Shown here: piece by piece, positions 26,804-38,974 of the stretch
Numbering within the stretch: the first letter of the stretch is position 1
Layout: each line of letters begins with the position of its first letter
Source of the DNA: Phyllosticta citribraziliensis
Taxonomy: Eukaryota
Assembly (NCBI RefSeq): GCF_038025025.1
Contig: NW_027117346.1
Coordinates: 682,001 to 746,000 of the forward strand
Direction of reading: 5' to 3'
Length of the DNA: 64,000 nt
Position numbers and translations under genes: made by a program
Notes under the pieces: model-generated
Told to the model about the DNA's origin: nothing
Seen by the model: the letters and a program-made list of their open reading frames with translations, nothing else
Databases searched by the model: none

Positions 26804-27231
26804 GGCGGCGATGGTCATCAAAGCGAGGTCAACAGGTCAATGCAAGCAATGCGGATCGCGGGTGCCGTTTGATGAGTGTGTTTGGACGGTCTTGAGGAAA
26901 GAAGCGGGTTGAGTTAAGGTAGTGACCTAGCCAACGCGACCAGCGCCTCGCGCAACGCCAGCAGCGCCTTCGCCCAGTCTAACCCCAACATCCCTGCGCA
27001 CATCATCTCTCCCCGGCCGACGCGTCCTCGTCGCGTCCCCCACATTTTGTTTCTCAACTCGACTAGCCTCGTCTCACCCAGCACGCATCGCCGAAAGCTT
27101 TCTTCTACCTTGTAGCCACAGCGGGCGCATAATCAAAACCCAGTGTCCCAACAGTGGTCAGCCACCGCCGTGGACCGAAAGACTCCAAGCGCAACCGCTT
27201 CATCACTGCAAACAACCGTCATCACGGCGCT

Positions 27232-27831
27232 ATGGCATCTCGCGACGACCAAGAGGACGCGGCGCTGCGCGAAGAGGTGCGTCCCCTACCAATCCACCCA
27301 CACGCGCCACACACTAACAGCCCACAGCGGCTCAAATCCACACTCTGGTTCCACCTAGGGCAATACATCGACACATCGCTCCTATCGTCGCCATCATCCT
27401 CGACCTCCGTCTCAAACGCAACGCCACAATTCATCGCCGCGCTGACCGAGCTCGTCTACACGCACATTGCCAGCACTTCGCGGGACCTCGAGGCGTTCGC
27501 GGCACACGCCGGGCGCCGGCAGATCAGCACCGCCGACGTGCTGCTGCTGGCACGGCGGAACGAGGGGCTGGAGGCGCTGCTGCGCGGCTTTGTCGAGCAG
27601 TGGAGGGCAGAGCGGGGCGTCGATGCGCCGGTGGCCGCGGGGAGAGGGCGCGCTGCGCGGGCCCGGGGAAGTGATGGTGAGGACAACGACGAGGGTGCGG
27701 GTGCGGCGGGTGCGGTGAGGAGAAGAGGAGGGGGTGCCGCGAGGGGGCGCGGACGGGGGCGGGCGCGCGGAATGGCTGCAGCAGCCGCTGGCAGGGCCAG
27801 GGGGAGAGGCAGGGGAAGAGGAGCGGGGTGA
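27232..27831 (+). CDS. MHF1: CENP-S/MHF1 histone-fold protein with Gly/Arg-rich tail, 1 intron
   Basis: EE/RLKSTLWFHLGQYID...NATPQFIAALTELVY...DLEAFAAHAGRRQISTADVLLLARRNEGL. In-frame intron at about 27277-27327. Confidence 0.9.
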   Translation: MASRDDQEDAALREEVRPLPIHPHAPHTNSPQRLKSTLWFHLGQYIDTSLLSSPSSSTSVSNATPQFIAALTELVYTHIASTSRDLEAFAAHAGRRQISTADVLLLARRNEGLEALLRGFVEQWRAERGVDAPVAAGRGRAARARGSDGEDNDEGAGAAGAVRRRGGGAARGRGRGRARGMAAAAAGRARGRGRGRGAG

Positions 27832-28526
27832 GTTCGCGCCGCGAGCCGTCCGCCTTTGATGATATCAAAGAGGTGGTGTCATGGTCACTTGGTACTTGGG
27901 AGCATGTGCGGAGTTGTGTGGCTGGTGCTTTTGGGACGGCGTTCAATAGACGCTCTGGACTAAACTTGGCGTCCAAAAGGTCTGCATGATCGATGCTTGG
28001 GGACTGCCCAAGGTTTGCTTGGTGTGCACCATGGCAGCTGAAGATGCAGATTGCATTGCTGCCTGCTACTGTGCCCGGGTGGGGTACCAAGAATTGATGG
28101 GTGCCAAATCGGACCGGCCAAAGTTTGTTCATCCGTAGCTCCTGATGCGGACGGATGCTTTGATTGCGCTCGTCTTGCGCAGTGCAGTTGATACCGACAT
28201 GACAGTGATTGTAAGATTCATATTTGTTCATTGGTCTTTCGTGCTTTTGTCGTTATTAGCTGATTCCTGGCATAACCCCGTGTCGGGGCCTTTCCTCCCA
28301 TCCCTGCCGTCATCCTAGTCATTCGCAGACGCTGTCGTGCGCAAATGTGGTATCCTGCGTAGCATTTATGAAACCAGAAAAGCACCGAAACACCGTCGAA
28401 ACACCGTCCGTGAGAAACGAAAAAACGCAATGATCGCATGCCAGCAGTGGTGATCATGATGATGTAATGAGAAAAAAGGCATTTCAAGCCGATCCATGCA
28501 CTCCGGTACTCCGCGGCATGCAGAAC

Positions 28527-29494
28527 TCAAAAGTTGTGATGAGCAGCGGACTTGTCGTAGCCATATGGATTCGACATGGGCGGAGGAGTTTGCTGGGTGA
28601 AGTATGGTCCGGTGGTGATGGGCTGAGCGGGAGCTGACGGTCTGTACGGCTCGTACTTGGTTGTACCGCCGTTATTCGGGGCGACTGTCGAGCCCGTGTA
28701 GGCCGTCTCGCCGCTGGGCCTTGTTCCAACGGCTTCGGCACCCGAAACGGTAGTTGCGGGAACGCCGGCGCCAAAGTCTCCAAGGGTCGAGTCGCCGTTG
28801 TCAACCGTCTTGGCGCGGTTGCGGCGGAAGAATCCCAAGGGATTGCGGCCGCTGCCAGAAGTGTAGTTGTTGGCAGGCGAGGGGCCATAACGCTTTTCCT
28901 TTTGCTGGACACGTGCAAAGAAGAATTGGCACAGGGCAGCCAAGAGAAAGAGGAAGCTAGGGTCGTGTGTCAGTTGACAGGTTGCGCTGGGGCGCTCGAC
29001 AAAGAAGCTCACACTGCAATAATGGCCACTGCGCAACAGACTTTGTTGAATCGACAAGCAGTTCCGAAGGTGGTCTTGTACGTCGTTTGCTCGCCATTGC
29101 TGGTGCCGAATCCGCCAGCGCCAAATCCGTTGCCTGCATTGGAGTCTCCGCTGCCAATGGGCGTGTCGATGTTCCTGCCATCACAGGATTTCAGGCCGTC
29201 GCGGGTGAGGATAGCCACAGCAATGAAGGCGGCAGCAAAGGCAATGTCGAGGACCATGCCCAGGAAGGCAAAGAAGCGGACGCCGCCGAGACATGGAGTG
29301 AGAACAATGGCCACGATGGTGTAGACGACGGCAACGCCAGTAATGCCTTCAACGGCCTTTTCCCATGACGGAATGACAGAGTTTCGGTCGGACAGGACAG
29401 CAAGGAAGTAGCTGTAGAAGCCGAGGATGATGGCGGAGCAGGCGAAGCAGAGGAAGTACGGGATGGTCCCCACGAGACGGCCGAAGAAGCCCAT
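28527..29494 (-). CDS. Four-TM MARVEL-like membrane protein, 1 intron
   Basis: CSAIILGFYSYFLA, WEKAVEGITG, LDIAFAAAFIAVAILTR and CRFNKVCCAVAI, then the C-terminal KRYGPSPANNYTSG motif after an intron. Confidence 0.82.
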
Positions 29495-30623
29495 GGCGGC
29501 GGAGAGGTGTGGTCAGGCTGTGAGAGGTGGTGATTTGGAGGTCGAGATGGAACCGGTCGACGGCGTTGGTGTCGAGGTGACGGAGGCAGGTGGACAAATT
29601 GCAACAGAAGTCAAGGCCAGGCCTTTGGGACAGGGTGACAGGGAAGAGGGTGAGGGAGGGAGATTGGATCCAATGTTTTATACAAATGACGCACCGCCCA
29701 CTTCCCCATACGTCACATGGGGTGTGGCTGCGGGAGAGCGATTGGCTGCGGGCGCGGGGGATGGCGGTGCTGTGGAGAAGCAGAGCAAAGCCTGAGCCCA
29801 CATTACCCTGGCGATCCAAATTCTAGTCCTTCAACCTCTTTCGCCCTTCGACAACACCTGACTGGCCGCCACGCTTTTGCCGCCGCTGTACGTCCGTTGC
29901 TACTACTGCTGCCTCCTCGCCTGCGCCTGCGCCTGCGTGTGCAACCCCCAGCCTCCATTCTCCGCCGTCGTACCGTCTCAGCCGACTTGGCAGCCTGCCG
30001 TAGCTTGTCTCTAACCAAAACCCAACGTTGCTCAACACCACCGCATTCGACCTCGCCCTAGCCAATGGCCCGGCCGATGGGAAAAAGAACCGTTACAACC
30101 CCAATCTTGCCCAGCTCCCGCTCTCGACAGCGGCTAGCTAGCCATCTCGGTGCACAATGACAACATGGACAAGGACACGTCTTGGTCTTCTCAGCCTAGC
30201 CCGGCAAGCTACCACGTAGCTGCAGGCATTGGCCGCGCCCTTGCGCTGCACCTAGCCAGCCACCCGGTATCAAAATTTATTGTCCTCGAGGTCAGAGGAG
30301 TTGGGCGCCTTCTTCAGTACAAAGACCGATTTCTGAGCGAGCAGGCTCCAACTGTCCCATGCTACCTTGGCCTCGGGCTGTGACATCATTTCCACCTCAC
30401 GTGCGCCGTCACCGGCACTCGGCGTCTACGCAATAGAGTAATTCCTTTGTCCTCTTCGCGCCGAATGGACGAGACTGGAGCTGATGGGCATTGTTAGCGG
30501 CAGCCTGAGTGACAAGAGATCCCAATTAAGCCTAGCTGCCTCGACACTGGCTTATTTGGGAACAACGCGTCACAGTGGATGTCGAAAGACGTGATATCCC
30601 CAGGACCGTGGCCGCGTCCGGGA

Positions 30624-30722
30624 AGCATCCATTTCCCACCGTGACTGCACTCAAGGAGCATCCGTTCCCCACCACGGCTGTGCTTCAGGAGCTGTCATCC
30701 GCTACTACGGTTAGACCAAGGG
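30624..30722. repeat. Degenerate 33-bp tandem repeat (about 3 units)
   Basis: agcatccatttcccaccgtgactgcactcaagg and agcatccgttccccaccacggctgtgcttcagg, plus a weaker third copy. Confidence 0.7.
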
Positions 30723-32338
30723 AGTCTCATTCCATTCGACACCCATTGTGGCGTGGAGTCATTGGAATCTCGCTTTTACCAAGGTCAATTGTGTATCACG
30801 CATCGCCCCCTATTCTCTCCTCCTACTTTTTCCGCCAGGTACCAAATGAGATGAGTGGGAGGCCTATCTTCACAGCGCCGCCTTGTACGCGCCCAATTCC
30901 GCTGTACAATGCTCCTGTGCTCACGACGGGGGCAGCAAGGCTGGTATGACATGGCAATCAAGTCCATCGGACCCAATGCATTCATTCAATCTGATCTTTC
31001 CAAAGCCTTCGAGATGGTCGTCGTATGTAAAGTCTGCAGCACTTCCGCAGGGCCCAACAGCTTCGTCTATCCCATTTTGCTTTTTCGACAAAAAAAGAAA
31101 AGTTGTGCCTGTGCCTGTGCCCGCATGGCTTACGTCCTCCTCATGGGCTCGAAAAGGTTTCTGTTATGCGCGGCGGGCGGTTATGCGCGATTCGGACGAC
31201 TGGCTGGCCGTTCCCCTGTGGTACAGTACGCAGTCCTTCTTCCAAGCTCAAGTCTCGACAGCCATTGGATCCGGCATCTTGCTCGCTCCCACGGTGCGGA
31301 TCATTAGGACTCTTTCGCCTGTCTTCAACATGGCTACTCGCTCGGATCAAGTCTGTCCACACCACGGATGCGATGCGACCACTCTATGCGAAGTCCGCAA
31401 GCTTGGTCGAGCACACCGTGTCCAGATCGTAGCTGTCGTCGGACGTTTTTGACGTCGCCTGATGACTGGCGAGATGTATCCGCCCTGTACGCCAGACAGA
31501 CAGACACTTGAGAACATCATGCACGCGTATCTTCTCGATTCAAGGATATCGATGACCAAGTTCGACGTGCGGATAATGCGAGTCCGCATACTCTATCTAT
31601 CTAACAGGGCTGTAGGCTTCCTCTAAACTCCAGATATGAAAGATGCGTGCTTCAAAGACGACCGCGGCGTTTCCACTATCCAGATCTATCTGCCTTTCCT
31701 CCTGTCCTCAGCGTGTCAGCCACCGTCCAGCGACCCTTCTTTACTGACACGTCCCAGACCACCCCTTCTCTTCCCAATCAGCACATCCTTCTCCATTCTA
31801 GTCAGCACCAGTAACTCAACCGTCCTTCCCTGCTACACCAAAGAAACTCCCTCATAACTCCCCGTCATCCCTCAGGAATCAAATAAAAGCAAGAAACGCA
31901 GTAAAGACCCTCCACCGCCATCTCCATTGCTCAAAACTAAGCTCATCGCTATACCCATCACGCTGCCTCTCTGCCAGCCCGATCAACCCCTCGCCTCGCC
32001 TCGCCTGCTTCAGCACTGGCAGACCCTAGTAGACACACTCGCCCGTCGGCCAAAAAGCCGCTACGACCGACTCTCCTGTTAACGTCCCCGCTGCTGCGAT
32101 GCCACTGCTGCTGCTTGGAGATGGGAGATGGTAGGCTGTACGGTAGACGTGAATGTGCGGGGAGAGCAAGAGGGAGAAGGAGAAGAACAAAGATGAAGGA
32201 GATGACGATGATCAAGGAGATGGGCAAAGACAAGAAAAAGGCAAAGATGAAGGATAAGGCGAAGGAGAATAACAACGGGACGCAAGCAAATGCAAAAGCC
32301 ATTTTCTCATTGGGTACCTGTAGAGAGAGCAAGCAATC

Positions 32339-32560
32339 CCGCAAATCTTTTGACCCCGGACAAAGGGGACTCCTAACCCAAATTCTGTCCTCTGGGAAAA
32401 GAAAGAAAAAGAAGAAGACCGCAAATCTTCTGCTCTAGGACAGAAAAGAACTCCCAACCCAAGTTCTGCCCTGAGGAAAGAAAAGGTACCGCAAATCTTC
32501 TACCCTGAAACCCAGCCCCAATCTCTTTCCTTGGAAAAGAGACCGCAAACTTTTGCCCTT
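32339..32560. repeat. Diverged minisatellite, four CCGCAAA(T)CTT-headed units (80, 70 and 54 bp spacing)
   Basis: The motif occurs at 32339, 32419, 32489 and 32543. The first two units share actccYaacccaaRttctgYcc...ggaaa. Confidence 0.75.
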
Positions 32561-32683
32561 GGATACAAGGGGACGATCTACCGGGTGGCCAACCACTCGC
32601 TCCAGCAGTCTGTAGGGACACTCTGCCACAGGCCAAATGAAAGCTCATCCACGAGCGGGAAAAGAAAAGAATGAGGACCCAAA

Positions 32684-33890
32684 TCAAGGAGCCTCGGGCA
32701 GCAAGAGCATGGAGCCCTGCGCAGCGGGCGGCAGTTCGAAAAAGTCGTCTTCGTCGTCCAGAAGCCTCTGCAGCTGGAGGAGCTGGACGCCAGTGTCGGG
32801 AGAAGGGACGACGACCTGGTTCGTGATGCGGCCATCAGCCGAGTGCACGAACGCTTCCCGGAGTATGAGGCCCAGGCGCCACGCCGGGCGCAACGTCTCC
32901 TTGAAGAGGGCTTGTTCGTCCAGCGACTCGATGCGGAGGTGCTTGAAGAGTGCCTTCCAGAAGGCGCGCTTCAGCTGCTTGTGGTTGTTGTAGAAGACGA
33001 AGCCTCCATTTTCCATGGTGGTGTTGTAACCCGTAGACATCTGCACGATGTATAGTTCGTAGCCGAATTGTTCGTACTTGGCCGAGGCCCAGTCGACGAG
33101 GCCATTGATCTCGAACGTGGCGGGGTCGACGAGGAAGTTGGTCAGGTTGAGGTCGCCGTGCATAAGGATCTGACCGTGTGAGGGCTCGTGGACGTACGCC
33201 ATGTTCTGCTCCACAAGTTCGATGTGCTTGCCAACGAATGCGCCCGTTGGAGACTCCCTGAGGAGCTGCATCCTGTCCCAGGTCCTGACGACGCGTGTAT
33301 CCTGGCTGTCCGGGTGCACGAGGTGGTCAAGTTTGCTCACCCAGCAAGACTTGAAATATCTGCTTGCGGTTAGCCAAGGTCCCAATGTATGGCGGAGCGC
33401 AAGGTACTCACTGCGCGAGTCCTTCCATGAACTTCTCCAGCAAGCCATGCTGCGACTTTTTCATCATCGAAGTCGTGGGAGCCAAATCTCTTGGGCAAAG
33501 GCCTGCCTTCATCTCCGAGACGTAGACCAGCAGGTTTCCAAGCGGAGCGGCCAGCCAAGTCTCCGGTACGATGTCTCCATGAATGACCCGGGCAGTCTTG
33601 ATCAATTCCAGATTCAGGCGCGATTCTCCAAGGCGGAATTGCACGACTTCCACGTCGTACCACGTCTCGTCGCCCTCAGGCTTCATCGAGCGGGGTCTGC
33701 CTTCGCAGATCAAGGTGTAGCTTTGGCAACCCTGAGCAGACGCCGCCCTGCAGCGCTTGTGACCGGTGATAGACAAGGCATACTTGTCGCATTGCTCTCT
33801 CGACGGCGTGCCTGGAACACTGAAGAATGCGTCAAGTCTGGAGGCGGACAGAGTTGCAGAGGCGCGTTCTTGGTCCTGTCCTGGCTCCAT
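32684..33890 (-). CDS. Aminoglycoside phosphotransferase (APH)/kinase-like fold protein, 1 intron
   Basis: N-lobe QGCQSYT and VVQFR...ARVIHGDIVP, Brenner motif LMHGDLNLTNFLVD and GLVDW. A GTGAGT...CTAAC...CAG intron at about 33360-33411 joins the two ORFs in frame. Confidence 0.85.
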
Positions 33891-33944
33891 CAGAGATGGT
33901 TCTGTTGTAAAAAGAAGGTAGGTAGTTCTAGTCGGCGTAATGCA

Positions 33945-34190
33945 AAGTGGTGTTGTGGGATGAGAGGGAGAGGGTCGACGTCGATGCAGTGTGTCGGCGT
34001 TGTCGCCGAAACAGGAAGACGCGACCTTTTATCGACGGTCCTCTTGCCAGCGCAGCTTCGTGTCGAACAGTGCAGAGAGTGGTGGTGTGGGGGAGAAGGG
34101 AGTGGGATGTCGACGCAGTCGCCAAAACAGGAAGACGCGACCTTTTTATCGACCACGCTCTTGCCAGCACAACCACATGTGGAATCCAAA
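33945..34190. repeat. Tandem duplication of about 120 bp upstream of the APH-like gene
   Basis: The core gtcgccRaaacaggaagacgcgaccttttt?atcgac...ctcttgccagc occurs at about 33992-34056 and 34108-34173. Each copy is preceded by similar gtggtg..gtggg..gagRRgga sequence. Confidence 0.85.
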
Positions 34191-34782
34191 GTGTCTGTGC
34201 GGCCTAGAGTCAAGTGAAGTCGACAAAAAGCACTCATCTTTAGAAACGTAAACGACCGCGTTTACAATGCTTCCATCATTGCTGGGGTTGGGCAAAAGAT
34301 AATTGAAGCCAAATACGTAACGCGACAGGGAGACACAATGACAAGATACTACGGCAGTTTCCAGTCAACTAAGGATATCTTCTTCGATAATGTAGCGATG
34401 CCAGGCTTCCAAGCCCAAGGTAAGTCAATTTTGCCAATTGGTCTCTCACAGGACGAATTACTCAAACGAGACCACGTCCATTACATCCAAAGGTCCTTGA
34501 AATTGATCCGCCAGCAAAAAAGCAAACATTCGTAGATTCGTCAAGCATCGAGCCCGTCATTCACCAACGCATGGAAGGAACAGTGCCTTCCCCCAGGCAG
34601 GTAACCAGCCAAACGGGCCTCGTATCTTCCTCGCGGCTCCCTCTCCCCTTCCATTTGGTCATTCACCGCACAAACGCCACAATCTGAACCCAGAATATCC
34701 CATCCTCTACGCCGGTGGAGCAAGCATCTCTCCGAAAACGCCCTTCGTCCGCGTTTGCACGCTTGATCCCAAGGAGCGTTGG

Positions 34783-36594
34783 TTACTCGCCAACGTCATT
34801 CGCACGAATCAAGACCTTGACAAGGCGGTCTCTTTCCTCAATCAGACTCTTAAAGCCGCCGTCAAGCACACCCTCGAGCCCCTCGACGCGCTTCGAAATC
34901 ATGGCTTCGGGGGTTATCAAGCCCTGACTGACGGCGTCAATGACGGCAGCAAAATCGCCCTTGCGATACGTGGCAACGCCCATGTAGGTGCGCTCCTTGA
35001 AGCATAGAGAGTTGGCGTCGATGCGTGGCGGCTTCTCCCAAATGGCGACGTTAACGATCTTGCCTTCGGCGCGCACGCTCTCCACCGCGGCATCGAGGCC
35101 TGCCTGCACGCCGGCGCAGTCGAAGGCTACGTGGGCGCCCCAACCGCCGGGCGAAAGCTTGCGCACTGTTGCGGGGATATTGGTTGTGAGTGGCGAGAGC
35201 ACATGTGTCGCGCCAAAGGAGGCAGCGAGCTCGGCTCGTCGTGGGGATGGTTCGGACACGATGATGGTGTGGTTTGGAGAATGGGCGCGCAGCGACTGGA
35301 TCATGCTGAGACCAATAGGCCCGCCACCGAGGATGAGGGCCGTGATGGCCGTTGGTGGTGGGGGCAATTGGGCAATTTTGACGGCGTGCCAGCCAACGGC
35401 GAGAGGCTCGATCAAGGCTGCCGATGGTTAGTTGTGGCATGCGGTCAGGGGTCGTAAGAAATTAGGGAGCATACCGCCAACTTCGAGCGATACATTATCT
35501 GGGAGCTTATACACGGCATCGCGCGGAATGACCATGTGTTCGGAGAAACCGCCACCCCAGCCTGCGTGGCTTTTGTGTCAGTACATCAAATCATCGAGTT
35601 TGTCGTGTCTCGAGCAAGCATAAGGCTGAGACAAGACATCAACTTACCACTCAAACCGATAAACCCGTTGCTATAACAGCAATTGACCAATCCCGCCTCG
35701 CATGCCCCACAAGTTCCGTCGTAGATTATGGGCTGCACGCAGACGCGGTCTCCTGGCCTCAGATCATTTACTCCTTCGCCAACCTCCTCGACCACTCCGC
35801 TCAGCTCATGGCCAAATGTAACAGGGACTTTCTCACGCGTGATCGGATGCGGCGTTGTAGGGCAGAGATTAGGCCCACCAAGATACTCGTGGAGGTCTGC
35901 CATGCATCAGTATCAGAAGCTTCTTTGATTGGAGCGGAGTTCTGGGGGCCTGCGTGCGTGTGGGGAGCAGTGGCGGTGCAGCTGTTCGCGACTGGGGGTT
36001 ATGCAGCCCAGCTGCACGACACGTACTCCAGGTCGTCACGCGCTTGCGGCTGAGGGTGTTGGTGGGTAGAAAGATGATTGGCCAAACGTGCACCAACGCG
36101 GACAGGCATGTCAGATGAGATGCAGGAGACACGAGAGGGTGTGGCGCTAGCCGGAATTTTGCAAAAGTCTGCTGATGAGCGACGAGTAATTGGCTCGGGA
36201 GAGCTGAAGTGAAAGCTTGGTGTTCCAATTTGAAGGCCGACGAAAAAGGAAGCGCGTGGAAGTCATGCGGACAGAGCGGGGGGATGATGAAGAACTGGGG
36301 TTGGAAAAGACGAGGCTTGGAGATGAAGCGGGGCTTCTACCTGTTCCGCAAATTCCGACCCAGGCGGGTTTGAGCTGGTGAGGATATCAGCATTTGGCAG
36401 GCGGTTTTTGTCGTGTGGGTTTTGGGGGAGGATGCGCAAATGTTGTAATGGCGTACCTTGACTTGGGAGGGACCGACATGCGGCTCTGGGATGTTTTCAA
36501 GCCTGAGGTCCCCCTTGCCATGGAAGCGCACGGCCTTCATCAGGGATGGCTTGGAAGAGCCATTGATGCCGTTGGACAGTTCCTGTGGAGCCAT
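34783..36594 (-). CDS. Zinc-dependent (R,R)-butanediol dehydrogenase-like MDR, 4 introns
   Basis: MKAVRFHGKGDLRLE, GICGT/DLHEY, GHELSG, structural zinc motif CGAC...NCC, GCGGFSE-type segment (GWGGGFSE), IEPLAVGWHAV, LGGGPIG and AFDCAG. Confidence 0.9.
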
Positions 36595-36763
36595 TGCGGT
36601 CTGGGTATGGTTCGATGCGTGGTCAGGGATGTTTCCGGGGTTTTGTTGGTGAACAGTCGGGTGGGATCTCTTCTGCTTCGTGGGAGCGAAGACGGCGGTG
36701 GTAATTCAACCAGCATGGCAGCAGCACGGGAAGTCGAGGGCTTTTAAGGTCGTCGAGGGTCCA

Positions 36764-36765
36764 AG

Positions 36766-36801
<36 letters not shown>
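36764..36801. repeat. (AGCCAG)6 microsatellite between the two dehydrogenase genes
   Basis: Direct reading of six hexamer units. Confidence 0.9.
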
Positions 36802-36802
<1 letters not shown>

Positions 36803-37677
36803 ATCGTGGGCGGAGCAAGAGTCAAGTGGCCGCAAGCAGGGCGTTTGGTTGGCGAAAGGGCGATGCCCCCGCAAGTCGACAAAGGATTCGTCGGCATGCC
36901 AGTCTGGGGAAGATGGAGCCCGTTCCTTGGGTCCCCTGATCACGCTCCGAGAGGCGCAGACGATGGTTTGGCGTTACTCATGAATGGAAGGGCTGAGGGT
37001 CCTGTCGTGATGGATGGGCGGGGTCTTGGGTTGGATCTGGGATGGGCGAGCTGGAAGGTGAGCCGAGGGTCCATGTTGTTCTTCCATCAGGCCCCACGGC
37101 ATCCACCTCGCGTCATTTCATCCGAGTCTCGCTGAGAGAAAACATGAATGCCATCCCACATCTCCATCATTTGCAATTCCCGATCGCTCTGATCCAGATT
37201 CGCCCGACAAGGCTCCCGCTAGCCTGCGAACAGGAAGGATCCGCCCGCCGGCGTTGCACGCCATGATTGGTGGTAAAATGCATGACGTCTCCGACCAACG
37301 CGACAGCCGCACCAGCTGCGCCAACTGGACCTCTGCGAGACGCGACAGCTCCACCGCCTGCGACTTGGCACGCTGAAATACTCCATCGCCATGAGCCGTC
37401 GGAACCTTTGTCGTCGTCTGGATCCACCATTGTGGTGCGTGTTGGCGGGGCCAGCCGTACAACCAGGGCGAGAGTCGATGATGCGCCGTGTCGCCATTGA
37501 CGCAGATAGCCATGATAGACGGCCTAGGAGCTTTGGGCAGACGCGCCGGCAAGGATGAGCTCACTGCCCAGAAGCCTCTTTTAAACCCCTCCCCCGCCTT
37601 CCTCTGCCTGTTTCACCCCTCTACAATCCACCTGTCCTCTCAACTCACATCCGCTCTCCTACAAGCAATCACTCGCC

Positions 37678-38974
37678 ATGCCTTACCCCGAGACCACCAC
37701 CGGCTTCTGCGTCACCGACATCAAGAACTGGTCCAAGTTTACCAAGCAAGAAGTACTTTCCCCGCATTGCGAGCCCCCCACTCTTTCTGACGCCCTCCAG
37801 GTCAAACTGAAGCCCTTTGAGGACCGCGACGTCGACGTTGCCATTGACGCATGTGGCGTTTGCGCCAGGTACGTAGCAGCTCAATTGAATTGTCAAACAC
37901 CAAACTGACAAACACCGGCAGTGACGTGCATACCATCAGCGGCGGATGGGGCTCCGATATTCCGCTTCCTCTGTGCGTTGGCCATGAAATCGTAGGCAAG
38001 GTCGTCAAGGTGGGCAAGGACGTCACCACACTCAAGGTTGGAGACCGCGTTGGCGTTGGAGCTCAAATCGGCGGTGAGTTCATGCGTCTGTGGAGCTTCC
38101 TTGGAGCACTGGCTGACGAAATGGTGCAGCCGACCTCACCTGTGGCAACTGCAAAGCAGACCAGGAAAATTACTGCCCCAAATCCATCGACACCTACGGA
38201 GCACCATACCCTGACGGCACAATCAGCCAAGGAGGTTATTCTAGCCACATCCGCGCTCACGAGTACTTTACCTTCAAGATTCCGGAAAACATTGAGGACA
38301 GCCTTGCGGCGCCCATGCTCTGCGCAGGCCTGACTGTCTACAGTCCCCTCAAGCGTCTGGGCGCTGGTCCAGGCAAGACAATTGGTATCGTCGGAATGTA
38401 AGCAACCCACACTGGCCTTCACAGTTCAAGACTAATCTCCTACAGCGGTGGTCTCGGTCACTTTGGCATTCTCTTTGCCAAGGCACTCGGCGCAGATGTC
38501 TACGCCATCTCGCACACCCCCAACAAGAAGGAAGATGCGATCAAACTGGGAGCCAAGGGCTTTATCTGTACCAAGGACAAGGACTGGCAGGAGCCGTACA
38601 AGTTTGCGTTCGACTTCATCATCAACACGGCCGACGCGACGGACCGGTTCAACCTGCCCGACTACTTTTCGACGCTCAAGGTCAACGGCACGTTCCACAT
38701 GGTCGGCTTCCCGGACAACCCGCTGCCGCAGATCCAGGCCCAGGTCTTTGCCCCCAACGGCTGCTACATGGGCGCCTCGCACATTGGCAACCGCCCGGAG
38801 ATGATTGACATGTTTGAGCTGGCCTCGAAGCAGAACATCAAGAGCTGGGTCGAGACGATTGATATTTCCGAGGAGGGCTGCAAGGAGGCCGTCGAGCGCG
38901 TCTACAAAAATGACCGCGTGCGCTACCGCTTCACTCTTACTGGCTACGACAAGGTCTTTGGCAAGCGCGCTTAA
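37678..38974 (+). CDS. NADP-dependent alcohol dehydrogenase (Adh6/Adh7, cinnamyl-alcohol dehydrogenase family), 4 introns
   Basis: MPYPETTTGF, ACGVCA/SDVHTISGGWG, CVGHEIVG, GDRVGVGAQI, APMLCAGLTVYSPL, GI/GGLGHFG and VRYRFTL. Confidence 0.93.

Noticed and set aside
31958..32438. Hydrophobic (minus-strand) and Lys-rich (plus-strand) overlapping ORFs
   Set aside because: Both are translations of a purine-rich low-complexity tract, with no independent coding evidence.
32339..32560. CRISPR-like spacing of the CCGCAAATCTT motif
   Set aside because: This is eukaryotic DNA, the repeats are only about 11 bp with irregular spacing, the intervening sequences resemble each other, and there are no cas genes.
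33360..33411. Apparent frameshift or stop splitting the APH-like kinase
   Set aside because: Explained by a canonical intron, so the gene looks intact.
33201..34217. 338-aa plus-strand ORF and other long antisense ORFs over real genes
   Set aside because: These are shadow ORFs from GC-rich codon usage on the opposite strand and have no motifs.
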